From positions 62,001-126,000 of the forward strand of contig NIVC01002660.1 of the NCBI GenBank assembly GCA_002269645.1: a stretch of 64,000 bases of DNA, read 5' to 3'. The stretch comes from Macrostomum lignano (taxonomy: Eukaryota). Each line of letters starts with the position of its first letter. Positions within the stretch are counted from its first letter, which is position 1. Under the pieces are notes generated by a model, which was not told the origin of the DNA, did not search any database, and saw nothing but the letters and a program-made list of their open reading frames with translations. Positions 46,338 to 59,300 of the stretch are shown here, one piece after another. Made by a program: the position numbers and the translations under genes.

Positions 46338-49300
46338 TCAATCCAACTCAGTCTCGGCCTTAGCCACCCAGGCCGCAATACTCTGCCTCGATGTCAGAAG
46401 CTGCTTAAATCCCCGAGGCAAACACTTGCACGCAGTCAAGTTGAGTTTAGTTAGCGAGCCGGAGGACGAAGCGATCAACCTGCGCAAGGTGTGGTTTAAG
46501 GCGACTGTTATTCTCATGGACATTCTTTGAGAAACAAAGATTCTCATGGACATTTCTTGAGGAAGAAGATTCTCATGGACATTTCTTGAGGAAGAAGATT
46601 TTCATGGACATTTCTTGAAGAAGATTCCCATGGACATTTCTTGAGGAAGAAGATTCCCATGGACATTTCTTGAGGAAGAAGATTCTCATGGACATTTCTT
46701 GAAGAAGATTCCCATGGACATTTCTTGAGGAAGAAGATTCCCACGGACATTTCTTGAAGAAGAAGATTCTCATGGACATTCTTTGAGAAACAAAGATTCT
46801 CATGGACATTTCTTGAGGAAGAAGATTCTCATGGACATTTCTTGAGGAAGAAGATTTTCATGGACATTTCTTGAAGAAGATTCCCATGGACATTTCTTGA
46901 GGAAGAAGATTCCCATGGACATTTCTTGAGGAAGAAGATTTTCATGGACATTTCTTGAGGAAGAAGATTTTCATGGACATTTCTTGAGGAAGAAGATTCT
47001 CATGGACATTTCTTGAGGAAGAAGATTTTCATGGACATTTCTTGAAGAAGATTCCCATGGACATTTCTTGAGGAAGAAGATTCCCATGGACATTTCTTGA
47101 GGAAGAAGATTCTCATGGACATTTCTTGAAGAAGATTCCCATGGACATTTCTTGAGGAAGAAGATTCCCACGGACATTTCTTGAAGAAGAAGATTCTTAT
47201 GGACATTTCTTGAGAAACAAAGATTCCCATGGACATTTCTTGAGGAAGAAGATTCCCATGGACATTTCTTGAGGAAGAAGATTCCCATGGACACTTCTTG
47301 GGGAAGAAGATTCCCATGGACATTTCTTGGGGAAGAAGATTCCCATGAACATTTCTTGAGGAAGAAGATTCTCATGGGCATTTTTGAGAAAGAAGATTTT
47401 CATGGAACATTTATTGAGGAAGAAGATTCTTATGGACATTTATTGAGGAAGAAGATTCTTATGGACATTTCTTGAGGAAGAAGATTCTTATGGACATTTC
47501 TTGAGGAAGAAGATTCTCATGGGCATTCTTGAGAAAGAAGATTTTCATGGACATTTATTGAGGAAGAAGATTCTCATGGACATTTATTGAGGAAGAAGAT
47601 TCTTATGGACATTTCTTGAGGAAGAAGATTCTTATGGACATTTATTGAGGAAGAAGATTCTCATGGACATTTATTGAGGAAGAAGATTCTTATGGACATT
47701 TCTTGAGGAAGAAGATTCTTATGGACATTTCTTGAGGAAGAAGATTCTCATGGGCATTCTTGAGAAAGAAGATTTTCATGGACATTTATTGAGGAAGAAG
47801 ATTCTCATGGACATTGCAATTAATGCTGCAAATCTAGAATGGGGTGGCTAGACTAAAGCCTAAATTAAGAATGAGCAGCAAACAAGCATGCATGAGGAAA
47901 TGCATTCACACCTGACAGCTGGCAGCAGGACCCCTGTCCCAGTGAGATTAAGCTCGTTAAGGCTGGGCAGCGAAGCCAGAGCCGCCGCAAGCCGGTCGCC
48001 ACCGCCGGGCAAGCTGAAAATCGAACTGGCAGTGAAATCAGCTTCATCAAGCAGAGGCAGCTGGCCAGACTCCATTAGCAACAATAGCGGAGCCAGCGTG
48101 TCAGCTTCATCAGCATTAGTGCAATGAGATACTGCAAGACGTCGTAGGCCTTTAAATCCTTGAATCGATGATTTTTCACCGGTGTCATCGACTTCGGCTT
48201 GCAAAGCCGACGACAAATCGTCCACTAGATCGAAGTCGGTGGCCACGATGCTCAGGCTGGAGAGACTGGGCAGAGCAGCTGAGCTCACAGTGAGGCGGAA
48301 TGGGCTGGGCAACTCCTGAGGATAATTGAGTTCGATTGATAATCTCGATCAGAATTTCGATTGGGGATCTGGCTCATTACAGATTGGGGATCTGGCTAAT
48401 TACAGATTGGGGATCTGGCTCATTACAGATTGGGGATCTGGCTCATTACAGATTGGGGATCTGGCTCATTACAGATTGGGGATCTGGCTCAATACAGATT
48501 GGGGATCTGGCTCATTACAGATTGGGGATCTGGCTCATTACAGATTGGGGATCTAGCTCATTACAGATTGGGGATCTAGCTCATTACAGATTGGGGATCT
48601 GGCTAATTACAGATTGGGGATCTCGCTCAATACAGATTGGGGATCTGGCTCATTACAGATTGGGGATCTGGCTCAATACAGATTGGGAATCTGGCTCATT
48701 ACAGATTGGGGATCTGGCTCATTACAGATTGGGGATCTGGCTCATTACAGATTGGGGATCTGGCTCATTACAGATTGGGGATCTGGCTAATTACAGATTG
48801 GGATCTGGCTCAATACAGATTGGGGATCTGGCTCATTACAGATTGGGGATCTGGCTCAATACAGATTGGGATCTGGCTCAATACAGATTGGGGATCTGGC
48901 TCAATACAGATTGGGATCTGGCTCATTACAGATTGGGGATCTGGCTCATTACAGATTGGGGATCTGGCTCAATACAGATTGGGATCTGGCTCAATACAGA
49001 TTGGGGATCTGGCTCAATACAGATTGGGGATCTGGCTCATCTGGACTATACCAACACACCTGCACCAAGAGATGCCGTAACTGACTCAGCCGACAGTCGG
49101 GCCACACAAACGGCAGTCCGCCAGCCAGCGGCAGATTCGCTAATTCAAGCTGACGCAAATTCGGTGCACTGGCCGCCAGAGCGGAGACGTCCAGGGCGGA
49201 GTCTCGCAGGCTGCTGGAGCGCAAGTTGGCGAGTCGCAGACGATGAAGCCGAGACAGCGCACCGGGCTTAGCGGTCAGGCCGCTTAGTAACAAGCCGAAA

Positions 49301-51719
49301 CCGACTATTTCACCTTCCAACGAATCGATTGACAGGTCGACAAGGCTGTCGGAGTGACGCTGAAGCAGCTGGGTGAACAGTTGGCCGTGCGCCAGTCGAT
49401 GAGGCAGGCGGCGCAGGGACAGGCGGCTGAGGCGGCGGCAGCGGTCAGACAGGCAGGTGAGTGTGCGACCCGACAGGTGGTCCGAACCGGCGAGAGACAC
49501 CTGGCGGGTTGCGGCATTGTCATTGGATTGTCATTGGTCAGACTGGGGCGAGTTTCCCACGGTGGTTGAGGGCGATTCTTGCGGGTTGAGGCGATTCTTG
49601 AGGGTTCGGGGCGATTCTTGAGGGTTGGGGGCGCTTTTTGAGGGTTGGGGCGATTCTAAAGGGTTGGGAGCGATTTTAAAGGGTTTGGGGCGATTCGTGA
49701 GGGTTGGGGTGATTCTTGAGGATTGGGGGCGATTCTTGAGGGTTGGGGGCGCTTTTTGAGGGTTGGGGGCGCTTTTTGAGGGTTGTGAGCGATTCTTGAG
49801 GGTTGGGAGCGATTCTTGAGGGTTGGGGTGCTTTTTGAGGGTTGGGAGCGATTCTAAAGGGTTTGGGACGATTCTTGAGGGTTGGAGGCGATTCGTGAGG
49901 GTTGGGGCGATTCGTGAGGGTTGGGGTGATTCTTGAGGATTGGGGGCGATTCTTGAGGATTGGGGGCGATTCTTGAGGATTGGGAACGATTCTTGAGGGT
50001 TGGGGGCGATTCTTGAGGATTGGGAACGATTCTTGAGGGTTGGGAGCGATTCTGAAGGGTTTGAGGCGATTCTTGAGGGTTGGGGCGCCTTTTGAGGGTT
50101 GGGAGCGATTCTTGAGGGTTGGGGGCGCTTTTTGAGGGTTGGAGCGATTCTAAAGGGTTGGGAGCGATTTTAAAGGGTTTGGGGCGATTCGTGAGGGTTG
50201 GGGTGATTCTTGAGGATTGGGGGCGATTCTTGAGGGTTGGGGGCGCTTTTTGAGGGTTGGGGCGCTTTTTGAGGGTTGGGAGGGATTCTAAAGGGTTTGG
50301 GGCGATTCTTGAGGGTTGGGAGCGATTCTTGAGGGTTGGGGGCGCTTTTTGAGGGTTGGAGCGATTCTTGAGGGTTGGGCGATTCTTGAGGGTTGGGGGC
50401 GATTCTTGACGGTTGGGGCGATTCTTGACGGTTGGGGCGATTCTTGGGGATTGGGGGTGATTCCTGAGGGTTCGGGCGATTATTGAGGACTGTGGGCGAT
50501 TCTTGAGGATTGAAATGATTCTAAGGGTTAGGGGCGATTCGTGAGGGTTGGGCTGACGGATAAAGAACTGTTTAAACTACAGAGTGACTTAAAAATGATT
50601 CACCTCGCTCAAAGTGTCTCCATACTTGTCGCAAATAGCTTCGACATCTTTATCCCTCAGTGTTTTCCAGTTCTCCAAATTGATGGAGCTCAGAGCCGGG
50701 AACCTGGGCAGTGCCATTGAGTGCAGCTGAGCTGTGCTTAACTTCCGATTCAAACGAGAGAAATCGGCATTGCGCCACAGAGCAGTCGAATAGCAGCGAG
50801 GCGATTCGACGGTAATAAAATGACGCAATCGTTGGCACACCTGAGACAGGCTGGCTGCCAGGCTGAGCATGCCGGTCTGGGAGGCGGCGAATTCGACTAT
50901 TCGAAGCAGAACGTCGGTTGGCAAAGTGTCCAAGCTGACTGAGCGACAACCGGCGTTATTGTCGGCTGGGTCGGCGGCGACTGCTGACTTTCTAGTTCTA
51001 TGGTTGAATGTTGAATATGGATTGTTATAAGGTGGAGCTTTGGGGAATATAAGGTGGAGCTTTGAGGATTTAAAGATGGAGCTTTGGCGATTTTAAGGAA
51101 GAGTTTTGGGGATTTTAAGCTATAGGGATTTTAAGGTGGAGCTTTGGGGGAAATAAGATAGAGCTTTGGGGAATATAAGATAGAGCTTTGGGGAATATAA
51201 TGTGGAGCTCTGGGGAATATAAGGTGGTGCTTTGGGGAATATAAGGTGGAGCTTTGGGGAATATAAGGTGGAGCTTTGGGGAAAATAAGGTGCTGCTTTG
51301 AGGATTTAAAGATAGAGCTTTGGCGATTTTAAGGAAGAGTTTTGGGGATTTTTTAAGATAAAGCTATGGAATTTTAAAGGAACTTCCCCTGACAACATTG
51401 AAAATAATTTCAAACTAATTAAAGCTCTGAAAGCTTAAAGAACTCACAGTCTTCTGTCGGAGGCCTTTGACTTTGAAACTCTCTTTGCAGTAGAAGTTTT
51501 TCTTCGCTTTTTAGCAGCAGCAGCGGCAGCAGCCCGCTTAATCCTAGCCAGCTTAGCAACTGGCGATCGAAGCTCCTCAGAGTCGGGAGAAAAATCTGGA
51601 TCCAGATCCAAGTCATCATCGCTGCTGCTGCTGTCGACGCCAGTTGAGTGCCTGCCCGGCTCGTCGCAACGCCGCTTGCGACCAATGCCGCGCATCACGG
51701 ATGACATCAGACGGTTCAT
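46338..51719 (-). CDS. FBXL6: F-box/LRR protein, FBXL6-like, ~550 aa
   Basis: Exons 51719-51448, 50997-50604, 49500-49060, 48315-47912, 46479-46338 join in frame (1653 nt). F-box LDTLPTDVLLRIVEF...SQVCQRL...ALWR; LRRs; C-terminal LNLTACKCLPRGFK resembles FBXL6 LNLSSCRCLPRGLK as recalled. Confidence 0.82.
46510..47815. repeat. 29-bp minisatellite (GGACATTTCTTGAGGAAGAAGATTCTCAT) in FBXL6-like intron 4
   Basis: About 45 units. Confidence 0.97.
48355..49045. repeat. 23-bp minisatellite (ATTGGGGATCTGGCTCATTACAG) in intron 3
   Basis: About 30 units. Confidence 0.97.
49570..50552. repeat. 20-21-bp G-rich minisatellite (GCGATTCTTGAGGGTTGGGG) in intron 2
   Basis: About 47 units. Confidence 0.96.
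51028..51380. repeat. 22-bp minisatellite (GGTGGAGCTTTGGGGAATATAA) in intron 1
   Basis: About 16 degenerate units. Confidence 0.92.
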
Positions 51720-51965
51720 GGCGATGCTTCAATTTGGCCGATATCTGGCTCTCTAATCTCTCAGACTCAGGCTGCAAATATGAGTTGAGACTAGCTCTAT
51801 ATATAGCCATGCATTAGCTGCATATTCTATTGCATAATAACTGCAATAATGGTGAAATTTGGTTACCAAGACAACCATGAAAACAAGTTAATCTGGATTG
51901 CACAATATTACACACTAGTTGTGCCTAAAAATAGAACCCAAAAGTATTAAAACTTGTTTAGTTAA

Positions 51966-52270
51966 GGGGGTTGTAGTCTAGTGGCTAGAGCGTTATACTC
52001 ACAACTTGAAGGTCAGGGGTTCGATTCCCGATCCTACTGGAACAATTTGTGTCGTTGGGCAAGACACTTGACTCTGCATTGCTTCAGTTCATGTAGCTGT
52101 AAAATGGGTGCCAGCATTAGCTGGGGTAATTGAGGGTGTGTTTGGCGACCCCCCCCCCAGTCCTTGGACTGAGAGTGGTACGCAGCCTTCAGATGCACCA
52201 TGCAATAGCTGCAGCTGAGCTGTTGGTTGCACAGCTGCCCATTAGGGCAGCTGTAATAAATAATTAATAT
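51966..52270 (+). mobile_element. tRNA-derived SINE
   Basis: A box TAGTCTAGTGG and B box GGTTCGATTCC; central GTGTCGTTGGGCAAGACACTT...GCTGTAAAATGGGT resembling the shared central domains (CORE/Deu/Nin/Meta type) of invertebrate SINEs; AT-rich tail. Confidence 0.82.
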
Positions 52271-52894
52271 TATTACTTAAAGTGGCAACAATATTTTTTC
52301 AAGCTTATTCAATACAAGATTGTTAGTGCATTAAATTATTATTACTTATGCTTTAATAATTAAAAATATACTAAATATCTATATATACTACTAAAAATGT
52401 CTTTGGGACAAAGAGTAAGTTAGGCAAATGACTCCTTTCTAAAGATGTGCTAATTCAAAAATATATACATACAAAATTAATCATCTAAAATTATATCTCT
52501 GAACAATGAAAACTGTCAACAAAAATGTTGCAGTCTATTTAAACAAGTTTACAAGTTTAAACAATTATATAAAAAATTAAGGTCTTTTTAATATTTTTCA
52601 TTAGAAACTTAAAAATAATAATATGATTAAAAATTGGCTTTGTACATTACATTATACATATTGATCTAGACTAGGCCTAAGAATTTTTGTAAATTATTTT
52701 TAAGTTCCTTAAAATGCTAATAAATAAAATAATATAAGAATCACAAACTATATAAGTTATACCTGTCAAAACATTGATTTTAGACCCAGGCTAAAACCTA
52801 TTAGAATTACCAAAAATTTCTTAAAATTTAATATAATTTTATTATTGATGTGATCATTGACATTATTTGAAACCAATCAATAAGCTCTTTTAGT

Positions 52895-53541
52895 CCATAG
52901 TGCGGAAGGATTTTTGTATACGACAGAAGGTAATTTTCATTTCGGCCTGTTGTACGACAGTACAACAGGGATTGGAAAATGGTACTAGTGTTGTACGAAA
53001 GAGTTAGAGTTTAAGGAAGTGCTGTACGACAAAAATAGTGGCACTTACATATGTGGGTAGGTGCGGGAAATTCTTGATAATGCGTTTTTTTATATGCAAA
53101 GTAAAACAACAGATATATTGTACTTTTCTGCTTGCAATGTCAAGTATAGTTTTGCGCCAATAAAATTGAATTTAAGAGTTTGTACGAATATAATACTGAT
53201 AATTTAAATTACCCTTTGAGTGGAAAAGTGCAACTATTGAATTTTTACTTCTTTGCTTCAATGCAATACGTTAACAACGACATTATGAGTTAGTTACGAG
53301 ACTACGAGTATCTGGTACTGGTGTCCGATTGTCCATCAAAGGAATACTAACTATGTCTATACTTCACGTATAAGTCGTATGACATTGACAAGTGTATAAC
53401 AGACAGACATGTAACATGTTTACATGTACGACAGTGTACGACATAGCGCCCCCCAAAAATTAGCGATGTACGACATCTACGACAGGCGATCCCTGTGTAC
53501 GACGGAGATTTCTAGTGTATACCCATCCTTCCGCACTATGG
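52895..53541. mobile_element. Non-autonomous TIR element (~647 bp), superfamily unresolved
   Basis: Perfect 17-bp TIR CCATAGTGCGGAAGGAT / ATCCTTCCGCACTATGG; many internal TGTACGAC motifs near both ends; no clear TSD. Confidence 0.85.
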
Positions 53542-54883
53542 CTATTAGTTTCATCTTACAATTATCTACATATAAATTCACTATTTAAATGATTTTATAA
53601 CAAAATTGAATATAAGCTATACTCTATAGTATATTCCTAACAAAACATAAGATTTGGTGCTATGATAAAAGCTTAAAAGTGGTCCTATTTTAAAGTTTGG
53701 TTATAAGACTAATTTTAACTTATAATTTTATTATCCTCTAAAGGGGATCATATATCAAAAGTCCCAACTCCCATAGGCCTATGGAAAGTACTATGTGATC
53801 TATAATCATAAAAAAAGAATATTGATCTATTGATAATGATATATAATTTTTTCTTAATTAGCGTTATTTTTTAATTAGACCCCTAATCTCTATATGATTA
53901 CAGAATATAAGCCTAAGAAATTTTGTTCCTTTCTTATAGTTTATAGGGAGGGCTAGCTCTATTTGCTTTTTTTCTAGGCCTAGGCCTATATAATGTAGGC
54001 CCTAATTAGATTGCAAAGCTAGGCCTATTCTATTCATTTGCAAAATCTAGGCCTACTTTTTTATTTGTCTTTTGCATGTATAGACCCTAGCATATATTAT
54101 AGGCCTATTCTCTAGCAAGTTACATGACCCTTTCTTGCCTTAGGCCTAGCATTACTGAAGTTTCTACCTATACGACTATACCTGACACTAGGGCCTAGCT
54201 AACTGATCTATAGGCCTATGAGGGATGAGGCCTAGTGCCAGGAATAAATACATATCAACTAGGCCTAGCATCAACTTCTGAGGGACAAAACAGTACATAT
54301 TAAATGTCTTAGATTTGAAGCAACTCAGTATGGTACATAGCCATATACAGTAGGCATATAAACAAAATAAACTGATGATTACAATTTACATGATAGGCTG
54401 AAATTGTTACATTGATAGGCTTAGCTAAGCACCTTTCATTTAAATAACGTGAATTTGTATAAGATTGTGTTGTGCTAGTGAAACCTCTTACACTAAACAT
54501 TAAAAATAATAAGTAACAAAAATTAGAGAGATGGTGCATACGATGCAAGATATTTCAATAAGCCTCACACTGTCGTCGCTGAGAGCGCTATCGTCAGATT
54601 GTTTCGTAGAAGTTTCAAGAGGTTTCATTTCGAACAAATTACAATCTTATGAATAATCGTTTTTTCGGGCCACAAAGAGGAGATTTAAAAAAATTCAATG
54701 ACTTGATAGTTCTAGTTTTTATAGTTTCAAGCCTACATGTATAAAGTATATTTTTTTTGATCTGCAAAAAATCAGCAGGGTAAATTAAATAATTCACTTT
54801 TTGCTTTACGGAATGTCATCCGACAACGTCACGACCTCACAATCTGTCTGCACAATAGAAACACTTTCATTGAATCAGAGTAG

Positions 54884-55110
54884 CAGGGGCGGCTGCCATG
54901 GATTTTATGGGGGGGAGCAAAGAATTCTACATGCAGTGCATGTATACAGCTGTACATATTTTTTTTAGAATCGGTGTTGTGCGGGATCATTTTTGGAGTT
55001 TAAATGCAGTCATGCATGCAAGTTTCTTTTGGGCCCCGCGTCACTCATTTTGGCGCCGCAGGCACTGACTTAAGTGACGCAGGCACTTATTTTTAACGCC
55101 GCAGAATTTT
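54884..55110 (+). mobile_element. hAT-like MITE 5' fragment carrying a few copies of the 21-bp unit expanded at 4331-5172
   Basis: CAGGGGCGGCTGCCATGGATTTTATGG-G(n)...AAGAATT(C/A)TACAT, similar to 4260-4320, followed by CACTCATTTTGGCGCCGCAGGCACT. Confidence 0.7.
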
Positions 55111-56347
55111 TGCAATTTGTATGCTACATCGCATGTACAAGCTACATTACGGATCGGATATTTTTTCTTGATCCTCAGTTAATTTCACGAGAAGTCAGCC
55201 GTGTAATGAATTATTAAACAATCGTTTTTTTACTTACGACCAGTAAATTATCGCATCGTCTGAATTTTTATATCAGCAGCGAACCTCGACTCTTTAGCAA
55301 TTATATAACTGAAGTTTTTTCTAAGCGGCTTGGATATATTCGACCGATATCAAATCTGCAGTTTATTGCCAAACCCCTACCCCTTGAGCGTTTTCTAGAG
55401 CATACGGTAAACATACGTTTCTTACAGGCCTTAAATTTTCTGTTTATTAGTTAGAAAAATTATAAAACCTACTAATCTGCCGCGTTTGTTATTTAGCTTT
55501 TTAATCTAATAGTTTTATTTCATTCCGTGAGATGCCTATTATAACAATTTTAGTAGCTGTTGCTTTTAAAATTTTATGATAAGTTTCTATTTGTTAAAAG
55601 TTTATCCGTTTATTTCTAAAACAAAAAAAATTATTTTACACATATGCTTTTACTGAGAATACTTTTCTTTACCTTAGCATTTAGGAAATTCGTGCGTTCT
55701 TCGTTTTGGCTAAAATTTCAACAAACTTTTGATTCACATTCAGTTTTTGTCTTAAGTTGTTTACACATTAGTATAATTGATCATTGATCCTACTTGAATT
55801 TCAAATATTTATACTAGTTTCGGAAAATAATAATGAAGTGATTCATTTGAAGGCCTTAAGGACATAAAGGAGGGACATAAATATATCTTAAGGGCTTTAA
55901 ATTTACTTCAATTAAGAAAAATAGAATTGTGAATAATACGAGGCAGTATTTTTATTGGCATTGCATGCTGCATCATTTTTAACAAATAACCTGAAATTTG
56001 TATTTTCATGTTAAATGGTGTACCGTTTATATTTATTTCAAAGAAGTTTTTAATGTGTGTTGATTATAAGACTGATAAGTAATTTCTATTGAAATTAGCA
56101 TAATACTTGTAGTACTTATAGTTTTTGTCGACTTTCATACTTTTAGCAGAAAACCATGGCTTATTTCTTATTTCTGTTAGTATAATTAGACTTACCCTTT
56201 GTTTAATTTACTTTTTAGGAATATTTTGATAGTTTAAAATAACTATAACATAGAACAAAATATAACTTGACAATAAATAATAAAAAAAACTTCAGCATGT
56301 CAACTGCAAAAATCTAGCTCGACTTTTAATCAAGAATCTTTGGAAGA

Positions 56348-59300
56348 ATGCCACTACTTCACTTGCCAGTAGTGCACAAGTTTGGGATTATATCCCATAG
56401 TCGCCGACTTGAACTACAAGAAAGACTGCTTCAGGCGGCTCTACACGATGGCAAAGAGAAGGAAGGATTTCAATCGAAGAAGTAAAAGCCCAGTTTATCC
56501 TCAACACTAAAATAGGACTTAATCAAGACTATTAATTCACTAATCCACTTTTTTTCTCAACCAATCTGTCAGGAATCCGTTCGAGGTCACCGACGCTTTT
56601 ATTAAAAAGTATAATTCTGCCCAGTCGGCCACTGAGAAGGCCGCGTGCGAGGCCGAGGCTCAGCGCCTGCTGGCTCGAGTCCGTCGCCGGGCGGGACTTC
56701 GCGACGGCGGCGTCGGGCAGCACGTAAACTTGCCTTTCGCTTGGACTGAACTGGTCTTTCTGTCCCACTGTCGGGGCCGCGTGCATCAGGGTGCGCATGC
56801 ACTTTGCTTCAGTACACATGTACTTTATTGTTAACTATATGCTAGTGTTACCAAAACTTCCATAAGTTAGATTTATTACGTTATTTATTTATTATTAGAT
56901 TAGATTTTATTATTAGATTTAAGACAAAAGAATACGCAGATCGAGAGGCGGTCATGGAGGGACAGTGGACAGCTAATCGCGCCCTTATTCTCAGATCAGA
57001 TGCTCATTCTCAGAGATCTTCATTCTCAGAAATCCTCATTCTCAGTTCAGATTCCTCATTTTCAGATCTGATCCTCATTCCCAGAGATTCCCATTCTCAG
57101 AGATCCTCATTCTCAGAGATCCTCATTCTCAGAGATCCTCATTCTCAGATCAGATGCTCATTCTCAGATATCCTCATTCTCAGATCAGATTCCTCATTCT
57201 CAGATCAGATCCTCATTCCCAGAGATCCCCATTCTCAGATCAGATCCCCATTCTCAGAAATCCTCATTCTCAGAAATCCTCATTCTCAGAAATCCTCATT
57301 CTCAGATCAGATCTCCATTCTCAGATCAGATCTCCATTCTCAGATCAGATCTCCATTCTCTGATCAGATGTTCATCCTCAGATCAGATCTCCATTCTCAG
57401 AAATCCCCATTCTCAGATCAGATCTCCATTCTCAGATCAAATCCCCATTCTCTGATCAGATGTTCATCCTCAGAGAACCTCATTCTGCCATTTCACAGAC
57501 GCTCTAGACACGCTGGTGATCTCGCTGGAGCAGGCTCCCGTAGGCTACTACCAGATTCCAGCCCTGTTCTACATCGCCGAGACTGTGCTCTACTGGCTCC
57601 AGTCTGAGTCGCCAGCCTCTGACGCACTCCGAAGCGCCGAAGTGAAGAGTCTCCGCGTCGGGCAGGCGACCTTCCTGCGCCTGTTCTACCACCACATGAC
57701 CGGCCAGCTCAGGAGGCACACCGAGAGCCGCTCCCGCCTGGCCCTCTACCTGAAGGATTTCTCCCAGCTGGCGCACCTGTACGCCGCCTATCCCGACGTC
57801 GCCTTCTGTCACAGCTTCATCGTTGCTGTCGGCAAAGTGATCGCCGGTCAGGTTAGCGACGACGATAAGAAAGTCGATGAAACTGATGAAGCGGCGGAGG
57901 CTGAGCCTGGTGCTGGCGGGCCGGCGGCTTCATCAGAACTGCGGTCGCTGGTGACTGCCGAGGTGCACGAGCTCAGCCCGCTGCTATGGCACGCTCTGGA
58001 CGTCTGGCGATGCGCCAGACACCTCGGCGGAGATCTTGAAGGAGCTCTAGACGGCCTGCTTGAGTGCAGCGTCGGGATGGCGCAGCAGGGCAACTGGTGA
58101 GCTGACTAACTGACTGACTGACTGACTGACTGACTGACTGACTGACTCACTGACTGACTGACTCACTGACTGACTGACTGATTGACTGACTTTAAAAGTA
58201 CATCTGAAAGTAAATGCAAAAAGTACATTGTCCACTCAGGATTGACACCTACCTGGCTTTGCTAATTGTTGGGAACGCAGCTTGCGAAGACGTCGAGTGC
58301 CTGAAGGCGTTTCAAGAGCTCGGCGCCGACCGCGAGATAGTTATCAACGAGAACAATCAGTTTGGTGAGCAAAGCCGCCCTCTAACAGTCAGTGCATTCT
58401 GACAGAATCCTTCCTTCATCGAGCCAGACAATTTTGAACCATTCCAGACTCGGAGCAGCGCCGAGACTCGAAGACCACCGCGGCCACGACCGCTGACAGT
58501 CGCCGTAGCACCACCGGAGCCCCAGTGGAAACCGAGGAGGACGCCAGCGTTGCCACGACAACATTTCCTGCATTAAGTAACCGTAGCAACGCTGCCGCCG
58601 GAGAGCTGCGGGAGGACTCCGCAGCCAGCGAGCCGCTAATCCAGCGTCGAGCCGCCGGTCGATACGCCGTCGGCATGGCAACCTGGCCCTGGGAGCTCGC
58701 CGTTGGCTTTGTGCACCAACTGACCCACGTCTGCCTGGACGGCCAGTCGAGCTCCGGGCGACAGCTGGCGCTGACTGGCGACCCGGCCTGCTCGCTGACC
58801 GCCCTGGCACTGCGGAGCATCGACACGGATCATGACGCCGCGGCTGAGGACACCTGCTGGCAAATTCGCTACCTGGCGCTGCAGGGACTCGACATTGTTG
58901 CCAAGGTGACCGGCGCCGCTGGGATATCAGACCCGATCCCCCCAAATCCCTCACTGCTGTCTCAGACCCGATCCCCCCAAATCCCTCACTGCTGTCTCAG
59001 ACCCGATCCCCCCAATCCCTCACTGCTATCTCAGACCCGATCCCCCCAAATCCCTCACTGCTATCTCAGACCCGATCCCCCCTAATCCCTCACTGTTATC
59101 TCAGACCCGATTCCCCCAAATCCCTCACTGCTGTCTCAGACCCGATCCCCCCAATCCCTCACTGCTATCTCAGACCCGATCCCCCCAAATCCCTCACTGC
59201 TATCTCAGACCCGATCCCCCCTAATCCCTCACTGTTATCTCAGACCCGATTCCCCCAAATCCCTCACTGCTATCTCAGACCCGATCCCCCCAAATCCCTC

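Noticed and set aside
51966-52040. tRNA gene
   Set aside because: A and B boxes are present, but the acceptor and anticodon stems are degenerate and the sequence continues into a SINE body and tail.
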